Assembly (NCBI GenBank): GCA_951406725.2
Contig: OX597814.1
Coordinates: 190,588,001-190,652,000 of the forward strand
DNA length: 64,000 nt
Direction of reading: 5' to 3'
Source of the DNA: Octopus vulgaris
Lineage: Eukaryota
The notes beneath the pieces are model-generated. The model had not been told where the DNA came from. It searched no databases and saw only the letters and a list, made by a program, of their open reading frames with translations. Both the position numbers and the translations under genes were made by a program. Shown in pieces: positions 35,401 through 48,100 of the stretch (position 1 is the stretch's first letter; each line of letters starts with the position of its first letter).

Positions 35401-38400
35401 CAACACTATTTACACATTTGCCTTTGTTTTTACAAGGTTTCTTCTCTATACATTCATCTATGTCTTCTAAACAGTTGTTTCCTTTCATTCCTGTAAATGA
35501 ACAATATTTTTAGATTTATAAGTAAGGAATTTTCTTTTCGTTATTATTATTATTGCAAATACAGCAATGAAGATGAAAAAATACAAAAAGTGAAAAAATA
35601 TTATTCCATACATATTTATGAACTAATACTATTATTTATTTTATTACATTACATTTAATACACTGGCTATCTATCTGCGGCTTTATATAGCTATGGTGCG
35701 GCCTCACCTGGAATTTGCATCACCGGTCTGGAACCCCTATCTTGTCCAGGATATTAATCGTCTGGAAACCGTTCAGCGACATGCAACCAAGAGAATACTC
35801 TCCATCAAGCATTTGCCATATTCTGAATGCCTTACTTCCCTGGGCATGGATACATTGAAACTCTGGCGTCTGGCATTGAAACTCCGACGTCTGGCATTGA
35901 AGCTCCGACGTCTGGCATTGAAGCTCCGACGTCTGGCATTGAAGCTCCGACGTCTGGCATTGAAGCTCCGACGTCTGGCATTGAAGCTCAGACATCTGGC
36001 ATTGAAACTCAGACATCTGGCATTGAAACTCAGACATCTGGCATTGAAACTCTGACGTCTGGCATTGAAACTCCAACGTCTGCCACTGTCATACAAGCAG
36101 TATCCTTCATATCCAATCTTTCGTGAGAAAACATACTTAATCATGTAAAAATATTGCACTCCATGGAAACAGTTCAACCCATGCAAGCATAAAAAGATGG
36201 ACATTTAAAACAGTGTTGATGATGTGTGTGCAGCTCCAGTTTCCATCATCATCATTTAACATCCATGTTTCATGCTGGCATGGGTTGGACACTTTGACAA
36301 GATCTGATGCCCCTAAGGAATGCATCATGCACCACTGTTTTGGCATGGTTTCTACAGCTGGATGCCCTTCTTAATGTTAACCAATTTACAGCATGTACCG
36401 GGTGCTTACTTTTTTTCATGCTACCAGGTTTAGTGAGGTTACCATACAGCTTGCAAAACTATGAACCCTTTATGCTCGAAGATGAGGTAGGGAGGGTTTA
36501 TAAGTATGAGACAAAAAGGGCCAGAACAAAACAGGTTTCTCTCTGTTGGGCAGCTACATGACTACTGACATCTTAGAAGAAAAGGTGAGGAGTGAGACTT
36601 ATTTCAACATAGTCATGACAATAGAAACCATTATCAAAGAAAATAAAGGTTAGTTGAATTAGAGGTTAAAATAATTGTCTAGGGATAGAAGTATCCATTA
36701 CACTACTGGTATATTACCTCTGCTTAACCATGGGCATTCATATGCAAAGATATTATTCTTATAAATTATAGGTAAAGACAAGGATAAACATGGGTTTATC
36801 AAGAATCAGAATTTAAAGAAAACAGAAAATGAGAAGTACTAATGAATAGCAATTGATGACTTACATCAATTATTATTTATTAATTCAATGCAAATAGACT
36901 GCATCCCACCTAACAGCTGTTTCTGTTTCCAATATATTTTTGGTATTATCATAGATATGCAAAAATATTTATCTAAGAAAATATATTAAAAATTACAAAC
37001 CTATTGGACAGTCACAATGATAGGAATTTATTTCATCAAAGCAAACTGTGCCATTTTCACAGGTCACATTTTTGCAGTCGTCAATATTATTTTCGCAGTT
37101 GACACCATCGAAGCCTAATACACATGAGCAATTGTAGTCCCGGAACCGTTTTAGTGAAGAACATGTGGCATTGTTTTGACAAGGTTTAAATGAACATGCA
37201 TCATATTCCTCACTGCAATTCTTGCCCATCCATTCTGATGTGCAATTGCAAAAATAATCGTTCACTAAATCTTTACATTTTCCATTATTTTGGCAAGGGT
37301 TGATCAGACAGTCATTAATATCTATACTGCAGTTTTTACCTGAAAATATAAGTTAAACAGTGTTATACAATATCTCTGAATAGAAGAATCGTCAAAAAGA
37401 CATTTTAGTATTATTAAACAGCAGTTGTGTGAAAAGAAAATCAACAAAAAGGAATAAAAGGTATTTTCAAAAGAAAATCTATTTTAAATATAAGTATTAT
37501 GATTATGTTGTGAAGAGCAATGTAAGGGCCTTCCAAAATGACAAGCAGAAGAGTAGGGTCAACACAGATAATGGTTAACATTAATTTCTGTAGGGTCATG
37601 TCTGCAAGGACCTTATTCAGGGACCTTTTGAGCAGGATGGGCAACTCAACCTGAAGAAAATTCTAACTGGGACCCACTTGCAAAGTCATGCCCTGTTTAT
37701 CTTGATATGAGGTTACCAAGTTGCACACACGTGGTTGTGATGTATGTGCCTAGTGTACCCTTATCAGACAGGTACATGATGGGTATACTGGGCTTTGTAT
37801 GTTTTACCCTAGTGTCACTTTGATGGCATGCACTGCTCTCTCGAACAGCAACAACAATAATAATAATACAGAAAATGTTCTTCTCAATATGACAGACTTG
37901 CTTGTCAGTTGTTTGACTTTAACCAGTTAAACATGTCCCTTAGTGGCTGACGATATGTGTATCTCTGATCATGAGAAGTACTGGGGGAAATCATAGCCAT
38001 GTGCTGAGAGGAATTTTGGGGTTTGAATAATTCACCCTTAGAAACATAGTCGTTTTCGTTCAACATCCTTAAACCTTATTCGGGGACCTTTGAGTAGGAT
38101 TGGCTACTTGATCTGAAAAAAATTCCAAGTGGGACCCACTTGCAAAGTCATGCACTGTTTATCTTGATATGAGATCACCAAGTTGCACATATACGATTGT
38201 GATGTATGTACCCTTATCAGATGGTAGTCATGATGGGTGTATTGGGCTTTGTATATTTGTATCCCAATGTCACTTTGATGGTGTGTACTGCTCACTCACT
38301 CAATAATAATAATAATAATATCAATAATAATAATGATGGTTTAAAATTTTGGCACAAGGCCAGAAAGTTCAGGGAAGGAAATAAGTAGATTATATTAAGC

Positions 38401-39732
38401 CTAGTGGTCAACTGGTACTTATTTTATCAACCCCAAAAGGATGATAGGCAAAGTGAACCTCAGCAGCTTTTGAACTCAGAACAGAAAAACAGACAAAATA
38501 CCACTAAGCATTTTTTCGAGTGTACTAATAGTTCTGCCAGTTCGCCACCTAATGATAATAATAATAATAATAAACTCTACCTTCATATCCAGGTACACAG
38601 GAACAATTGTAATCATTAAGAAGGTCTTTACATTGAGCACCATTCTGACACAGTCCCAACGAACATTCGTCAAAGTCCTTAGAACAGTTTACTCCAGTCC
38701 AGCCAGGAGTACAATTACATTTGTAGTCTTGTATCTGATAGAAAAATATAGTTTATAAAAAAAGATTAACAGTTGTTTTTAAACATATGTGCCTCTGTGT
38801 GTGTGTGTATGTGTGTTTATGTGTGTGTATATATATATATATATTTATCAATATAGGGTAGCAAAAAAATTCAAGAAAAAATTCAAGAAAAATTTTCTGC
38901 AACCAGCGGTCAAGTGAGAAAATAGAAATAGTCACAGACTATATAATATATTCAACAAAATATTAAGGAAAGACCCTTACAGGTCATTCGACTCACTTGA
39001 AAAGAGCAGCCAAAACTCAAACCGCAAAAATAGTAGTAATTCTGAAAGCTAAAGGAGAAATAAAAACTTCTCCTTTAGCTTTCAGAATTACTACTATTTT
39101 TGCGGTTTGAGTTTTGGCTGCTCTTTTCAAGTGAGTCGAATGACCTGTAAGGGTCTTTCCTTAATATTTTGTTGAATATATATATATATATAATATTAAT
39201 TAGAGACAAAACCACTATTATGCAAATCAAACAAAGAAAGACTTAATCCAATACATAAAAAATTTTATATAAATTAAATATAATTAAATATATATTATAT
39301 ATATATAATATATATAAATTAAATATAATAAATATAATTAAATATATCTTAATTATATTTAATTTATATAAAATTTTTTAATGTATTGGATTAAGTCTTT
39401 CTTTGTTTGATTTGCATAATAGTGGTTTTGTCTCTAATTAATATTATATTATATTTTACTATAAAATTGGATTCAATCCTAAATCTGATTTTTCCCTGTA
39501 AATTTGGATTTATTCCCTAATATTTATTATTATATATATATATATATATATAGATAAGGATAAGATCGTTAATTTAAAATAAAATAACGAACCTATCAAG
39601 TGGTCAGCATGGAAAAAATAACCTTCAAAGGTAATAATTATTAAAATTATAAATTAAGGTACCTACGAGATACCATCATGCTGAAAATAGCAGCCATGAA
39701 CCGACTCTAAAGCCACCTTAAGTTTTATATAA

Positions 39733-39771
<39 letters not shown>

Positions 39772-42058
39772 AACTTGCCTGCGTGCATATGTGCATGTGC
39801 TTGTATGTGTAGATGTGAGATCATCTGTGTCTTATCATAGAGAAAACTGCAGTTCTTTCATGATTTGGCAGGTGGTGAAATATGGTAATTCTTAGTGGAA
39901 GAAGGAGCTTGTCTAGCTGATTGACAGAGAGACAGAATACAGAGACAGATGGATAGAGACAAACCCTAGTTTGAAAATGAACATGCTGATATAAGCTCTT
40001 CTGGACATGCAATGATCATAACTACAACTAGCTGCTGTGACAATGTGTATGTTGGCATTCAGCCATCGAGTCATGGTTGATGAGGGTGGAAAATATTAAG
40101 CGACTAGAATCCTTCGATCACCTCCGTCTATGCCGCATCCTTCATGTCCGATGGCATTACTTTGTCTCTAACAATTCGATGCGACACCAGTGCAAAATCA
40201 CCTCCCTCCAACAAGTCATCCTAACGAGATGTCTGCGTTGGCTGGGTCATGCCCTTCGTCATCAACCAGAATTCATCTATGAAGCAATTGCCCCTGCTCC
40301 CCTTCAGGGTTGGCGAAAGCGATGTGGTGGACAACGAAAAACCTGGCCAATGACAGTCAAGGCTGATCTGGAACCCAACCTAGGCCCCCATATCTATGGC
40401 GTTCGCCGCTGGAATAAGGAGTGGTTGGAGATCACGCGGTCGTTAGCTTCAAATCGCCAGGTCTCGTCAGCATTTGTAAGAGATGCAGCATTGAGGATGA
40501 ATAAAGCCAGCTCAAACCACCCCGGGCGAATGCTGTCTCAAGACAAGAAAGAAGTATGTTGGCATTAGTTAAGGCATCACACCTCAACAACAATATGCCT
40601 AGTGCCTATACATGATGTCTTGAGGTAGTTACAGTTAATTGTGGATCTAAAGCTTTAAAGAACAAGATGCAGCAAGCTGAATTCAATCAGTGGTTTGATA
40701 TGATACAGTACTGTCAGGGTACAGGTTGGTGTAGAATGTTACATGTCATCATCATTGTCAGCAAAACCACCATCGTTGTCACTATAATCATCATTCTAAT
40801 GCCTACTTTTCCATGCTTCTATAAGTCAGACTGAATTTGTCAAAGCAAACTTTCTATGGATGGATGGATGCCCTGCTTGTCTGCCAACCCTTGCCTGTTT
40901 CCAGGTAAGGTAATAATTCTCTATGAACAGACATGTTTCCATGAAATACTGGAAAAGAATAACACTGCATGTATAACAGTGAAACTCATTTACAACTATC
41001 ATGCAATGAAGATACAAGGAGAACCCAACAAACACACACAGGCTATATATGAGGAGATGCTGAAAAGTTCCTGGATTTAAGGGTGTTGCAAAAAAACTGG
41101 TTGGAAGTCCAACCTTCCGAGTTCTTTTAAATGGCTTAGAAAAATTGACGGACTGCTGTGGGTGAATCTGAGAGAGGAATTCTGAGACCCCCTTCGGTCA
41201 CGACACAGACCATGGGATTGCACCTAGAAAGTTACCCTCCCAGGCACAAGTCCGGGCAAGGTTGTTTATGGAAGACCAGCAGTCGCCCATGCATACCGGT
41301 CTCCCCTCTCCACACTACCAGTGTTATCCAAGAGAAAGGTGAGGGCCGATACAGCTTGGCACCTGTAACGTCACAACTCATTTCTACAGCTGAGTGAAGT
41401 GGAGCAAAGTGAAATAAAGTGTCTTGCTCAAGAACACAACATGCAGCCCGGTCCGGGATTCGAACTCACAACCTCACGACCGTAAGCTCAATGCTCTAAC
41501 CACTGAGCCATGGGCCTTTATGAGAGAGGAATATATTGTATAAAATCATAATTAACTGATCCTCCTGTATTTACTTTTATCCAAAGCCAGGAACTTTTCA
41601 GCACCCCCTTGAGCATGTATGTGTGTGTATATATTCTTTTTATTCTTTTACTTGTTTCAGCCATTTGACTGAAGCACCACCTTAAAGGGTTTTAGTCAAA
41701 GAAATCGACTCCAGGACTTATTCTTTGTAAAGCCTAGTACTTATTCTATTGGTCGCTTTTGTCAAACTGCTAAGTCACAGGGATGTAAACACACCAACAG
41801 TAGGTGTCAGGTGATGGGAACAAACACAAAAATACATATGTATTCAGTCTCTCTGTCAATCAGCTAGACAAGCTCCTTCTTCCACTAAGAATTACCATAT
41901 TTCATCACCTGCCAAATCAAGAAAGAAGTGTCATTTTCTCTATGATAAGACATGGATAATCTCACATCTACACATACAGGCACATACAAGCACATGCATA
42001 TATGCACGCAGGCAAGTTCACATATGCACACACACACAAACGCTCACACACACACAGA

Positions 42059-42107
<49 letters not shown>

Positions 42108-45100
42108 CGGGCTTCTTTCAGTTTCCATCTACCAAATCAACTCACAAGGCTTTGGTCAGCCTGAGGCTATAGTAAAAGACACTTGCCCAAGGTACCATGC
42201 AGTGGGACTGAACCCAGAACCATGTGGTTGGGAAGCAAGCTTCTTACCAAGCAGCCACACCTGCACACACATACACACACACACACACACATGCACACAT
42301 ACACACACACACAACAGGCTTTTTCAGTCACTGTCTACAATATCCATCTGTTCACAAGTCTCTGGTTGACCTGGGACTATAGAAGACACTGACTCTAGAT
42401 GCCACACAACAGGAGTGACCCTGAAGCCATATGGTTTATGCAGCATGGCCACAGCTCGTGAGCTGAAGCTAGATAAAAAAATATATTAAATTTTAACTGT
42501 AGGCTCAATTGTAGAACATTAAAACGTTCAGGGTAAACTATTACATATTAGTATTCATTGTAAGTGAGTTAAGAAAAGGAGGTGAGAAGTGGTGAGATAC
42601 AGTGAAACCCAAGGCCAATATGGGGAAAAAGAGTCGTTAAAGGTAAAAGAAGAGGATGGGGGAAGAGGAGAGAAAAAGTAAGGATGAAAGGGAAGTTTGA
42701 GAGGAAAAGAAGGAAGCGGGGTAAGAGGAAGAAGATGGAAAGAGAAGAGTAGAGAGGAATGGGATGGGTACGCAAGGAGAGTGAGGGAGGGTTTGGATGG
42801 AAGGTGGTGGGAGGAGAAGATGAGGACAGAAGGAGAGAAGAGGAAAAAGAAAAGGGGAAGAGGAAAAAGAGGAGCAAAGAAGGGGAGGGAGAAAAAGCCA
42901 AAAAGGAGGAGGAGGAAGAGGTTGTCATGAGAAACAACACACAAACTTACCAGATCAATGCAAACACCCCCATTCTTGCAGGGTTTATCAGCACAGTCAT
43001 CAATATTCGTGCTACAATTTCGATCCTTAAAACCTCCGGCACACTCACATGTATAGTTATTAATACCATCATGACAACTGAAAGAACATCAAGAGATAAA
43101 AAAAAAAAAAACTTTACAAACTTTTCATTCTCTCAAACACATGGAGGGTAAACCAAAACGGCACAAGAAAACATTATCTACAAAAATAAGTTACCCACGT
43201 GGCATTATTCTGGCAAGGAGAAGGTTCACAATCATCAATATTATTGTCGCAAGTGTTTCCATTAAAACCAAGGATGCAGCCACATTGAAATTTGTTCTCC
43301 AAGTTAATACAAGTTGCATTATTCTTACATGGATCACTGGCACATTCATCAATATCCTTGCAATCCTCTGCTGGACCTAGAAAATGTAGAATATAAAGGG
43401 AAATCTGGTTAAGAATTTAAGAGGAAATATTTTAAACCAAAGTGCATCATCATCATCATCATCATCATCGTTTAGCGTCCGTTTTCCATGCTAGCATGGG
43501 TTGGACGGTTCAACTGGGGTCTGTGAAGCCGGAAGCTTCATCAGGCCTAGTCAGATCTGGCAGTGTTTCTACGGCTGGATGCCCTTCCTAACGCCAACCA
43601 TTCCGTGAGTGTAGTGGGTGCTTTTTACGTGCCACCCGCACAGGTGCCAGACAGAGCTGGCAAACGGCCACGAACGGATGGTGCTTTTTATGTGCCACCA
43701 GCACGGGGGCCAGGCGAGGCTGGCAACGGACACGAACAGATGGTGCTTTTTACGTGCCACCGGCACGAGGCCAGTCAGGGCGGCGCTGGCAACGGTCACG
43801 AACGGATGGTTCTCTTACATGCCACCGGCACTGGTAACACGTGAAAATAAATACTGAAAGTTTACATGGTCTTTGTTTCAATTAATTTTGAAATTAATGA
43901 TGAATTTATTAAATTAACTTTTATAATAACGAAGTTGATGCTTGGAATATGATTTAGTATTTTTAATTTTGATCACTTTAAAATATGTTTCTTCATTAGC
44001 CACACAGGGCTGAACATAGATGGGACAAATTACAAGGTAGAGCTTTTCTTTTTGGGGAGGAAAAAAAAAGTGGGGGTAGGTTTTCAATCAAAAGGGATCG
44101 TAAAAGGGAGGGGGGAAACGATCAATAGGGATTGTGTATCAAAGAAATCACTTTAAAATAGGAAGTTTATATCATAGAACCAGAGGCAGTCTCAGGTGGG
44201 TTAGAATCAAAAGGGTTAATAAAATAAGTATCAGTAATATACTAGTGATCACAATTCAATTCCACATCATTTTTGCAAAAATGAAATAATAATGCAGTGC
44301 TATTTAAAATAAAATCAATAAAATAGGCGCAGGAATGGCTGTGTGGTAAGTAGCTTGTTTACCAACTACATAGTTCCGATTTCAGTTCCACAGCGTGGCA
44401 ATTGGGCAAGTGTCTTCTACTATAGCCTCGGGCCGACCAAAGCCTTGTCAGTGGATTTGGTAGACGGAAACTGAAAGAAGCCCGTCGTATATATGTATAT
44501 ATATATATATATATATATGCGTGTGTGTGTTTGTGTGTCTGTGTTTCTCCCCCTAGCATTGCTTGACAACCGATGCTGGTGTGTTTATGTCCCCGTTACT
44601 TAGCGGTTCGGCAAAAGAGACCGATAAAATAAGTACTGGGCTTACAAAAGTATAAGTCCCGGGGTCGAGTTGCTTGATTAAAGGCGGTGCTCCAGCATGG
44701 CCGCAGTCAAATGACTGAAACAAGTAAAAGAGTAAAAGAGTAAAGAGTATATGCGTGTGTGTGTTTGTGTTTGTCCCCCTAGCATTGCTTGACAACCGAT
44801 GCTGGTGTGTTTATGTCCCTGTTACTTGGCGGTTCGGCAAAAGAGACCGATAAAATAAGTACTGGGCTTACAAAAGAATAAGTCCTGGGGTCGAGTTGCT
44901 CGATTAAAGGCAGTGCTCCAGCATGGCCGCAGTCAAATGACTGAAACATGTAAAAGAGTAAAGAGTGAAATAATGTTGTCCAATGTTAACAGTCAAAGAG
45001 AATCACAGTAAGTTATAATTAGATAGTCAGAGAGGAAGCAAGTTTCATAGACTGGGAGAGTGGTGTACAAGCTTGATGATGACAATGATGGTGATGATGG

Positions 45101-48100
45101 AAGTGGTGGTGATGAGTTTATGGTATACAGAGCTCAAGGCGGCAAGCTGGCAGAAACGTTAGCACGCAGGGGCGAAATGCTTAGCGGTATTTCGTCTGCG
45201 TTACGTTGTGAGTTCAAATTCCGCCAAGGTCGACTTTGCCTTTCATCCTTTCGGGTTCAATAAATTAAGTACCAGTTACGCACTGGGGTCGATGTAATCG
45301 ACTTAATACCTATGTCTGTCCTTGTTTGTCCCCTCTGTGTTTGGCCCCTTGTGGGTAATAAAGAAATAGGTATACAGAGCTCAGGTGCACTACAACTTGT
45401 TGGAGAATAGTAAAAGGGACAGAAATTAGCAATCATCATCATCATCGTTTAACGTCCACTTTCCATGCTAGCATGGGTTGGATGATTTGACTGAGGGCTA
45501 GCGAACCAGATGGCTGCACTAGGCTCCAATCTTGATCTGGTAGAGTTTCTACAGCTGGATGCCCTTCCTAACGCCAACCACTCCGAGAGTGTAGTGGGTG
45601 CTAAGTCAAGTAAAGAACAACAGCAATGACAGACAAAAGTATATACATACTAAACAAGAGCACAGAAACATGAACAGTAAAGAAACTGTAAGAAGGAAAG
45701 GGTGCATAGGTACATCACAAGTATAGTGGTTTTGTACGTCAGGAAGCATGGAAGTTTTGAAGGATGCAGTGTCGTGATGGCTAACAACAAATGTGGATTG
45801 TTTATTTCATACTTTGACAATTCTGAACTTGAAAAAATATTTCTGTAAGTCATGGCTGGAGAGGAGCAAAGCTGGTATGCTCCACTGGATGTGTGTTGTC
45901 AGTGTGCACATGCAACAGAGCATTGGTCTACTGAGAGAGAAGTTGAGCATAATAGGAATTATATGTAGTGTGCAAGAGAGGACACTGCGCTGGTTTGCTC
46001 ATGTGATGCAGATAGATGAGGTCAGTTGCATAAAGAAATGCCAATCAGTTAAAGTAGGGGGAAGTTATGGAAGAGGGCGACTCCAGGAAGACATGGGATA
46101 AAATACTGACGGCCAATCTCAAAATGCTGAAACTCATGAAGGAAATGACAGAGGACAGAGATATGTGGCAGGTTGCTGTACTGGAGGAGACCAGCCCACC
46201 ACAACAGAACAAAGATCTGTAGCAGGATCAGGATTCAGTATCACTGGAGGGGTGTCCGATCTGATCCCGTTACATTCAATTTTAGTTAAAAATAACAAAC
46301 AAGTCAGGTTGTCTACGAACACAGCAAAAATGTTGTTTATTTCTCGTTGTAATGTAGAACTGGTGTATGTGTTCTCTGGAGGGAAAACCGACAGCCGAGT
46401 CTGTAGTACTGACTCTTGTTTGTTGGTCGAAATGATTCGTTGTGGTTCGCTGCTTGGTTGGTGTGAAGTCCTCAGAGACTGCCAGTACACATCCGTTCAC
46501 GAGGGCTGCTAAGGCCAGAGAGGCAGAATGAGCGAAACGTGTTTTAGGGGTCAGTTTCCCGCACATGCGCATGGGGAAGACTTCCGGTGGCCGACCGGAA
46601 GTAATCCCATTCTGCGCATGTGCGCTGAACCTTACACAGCAGCATCACTACAGATCCTAAAACCAAGGTGCCACATAAAAAGTATTGGTGTGGGTGCTGG
46701 TGCCACTTAAAAAACACTGGTATTGGTGCCACATAAGCACTGGTGATGGAAGAGAGACAGTAATGGCAACTACATATTTGAGAGAGAGAAAAAAACGAAA
46801 GAGTATGAATGGTTAGTAGATATGAGTAATTGTAAAAGAGAGAGAGAGAGTGATGGCTGGCAGCTGAGAAAAAGTAATGGTTATAAACAAATTAGTCATT
46901 GTTTATGTTGTAAATGATATTGGTTGTCACAATCACCTGAATCTGTATATTTGGATTCACTTATGCTAAACTCCTTCTTTACAGATATTTCTTCAATTAC
47001 AAATAAAATCTACATCATCATCATTTAACATGTTTTCCACGATGGCATGGGTTGGATGGTTTGACAGGAGTTGGTCAACCAGAGAGCTGCTCGGCTCCAG
47101 GCTCCAATTGGTTTCAATAGCTGGATGCCCTTCCTAACACCAACCATTTTGGTTAGGGCATTGGACAAAATACCTTGTAGTATTTGTTTTGGCTTTTTAC
47201 CTTCAGAAATCTAGCTGAGGTCAACTTTCCTATTCATCTCTCCTAAGTCAATAAAATGAAGTACCAGCCAAGTACTGGTGCCAACCACTTTATAGAGTGT
47301 ACTGGGTGCTTTTTACATGGCACCAGCATGGGTACTTTTTATATGTGACTGTCATGGGTATTTTTTTTTGTGGCACCAGAACAGGTGCTTTTTAAATGGT
47401 ACCAACACTTTTTATGTGACACCAAAATGATTGCTTTTTTAAGTGGCACCAGCACTTTTTACATGACATCAAAACGTGTGCTTTTTATGTGGCACCAGCA
47501 GCCTACAAGTCAAGGACAAGGATATAAACCAAAATGTAAGGGAGACACTAAGATGGTAAGTGTCATGCAACTGGTATGAGTGCTTTTTATGTGGCACCAG
47601 AGCAGGTGCTTTTTACATGGCACCTGCAACCAACACCAAGGACAAGTCCTGAATTCCTACACAACCGCTGAGCCTGGATGCGCATTCATCCATCCGTCGA
47701 TGCTCTCGGTGTCGGGGGTTGACCTGTTTTCTCTTCTGTGGGTCTTACGAATAGCAAAGGACCACGTTTTGGACTTCCCCCACTACAGAAGCAGCGATCT
47801 TGCGAGCTCTGGGATGAAGACCGCTTCACTCAACAGCAACAAAGGACAAGAATATAAAACCAAAATGTAAGGGAGACACTGTAAGGTGGCAAGTGTCATC
47901 AGCATTATGCAAAAATGGAAGAACAATGGAAGAAAAGAAAAATGGTAAATCAGCTCCAACCAGGCAAAATACATTAAGACTTCACTTACCATTAAAGCCA
48001 GGTTTACATTCACAGGTAAAGTTGTTGATTTTGTCTTTGCATAGAGTATTATTCCATGGACAGGAACTTGCTGAACAATCAAGGATGTTAGTTTCACACT

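Noticed and set aside
35853-36083. CRISPR array or coiled-coil gene
   Set aside because: Contiguous units with no spacers, derived from a LINE end, eukaryotic context, no cas genes
42555-42944. Hydrophobic ORFs as a transmembrane exon
   Set aside because: Low-complexity pyrimidine tract with no coherent splice sites
47700-47830. Hammerhead in the 195-bp insert
   Set aside because: Minus strand has ctgtagtgggg...ccaaaacgt, but neither core nor stems fit
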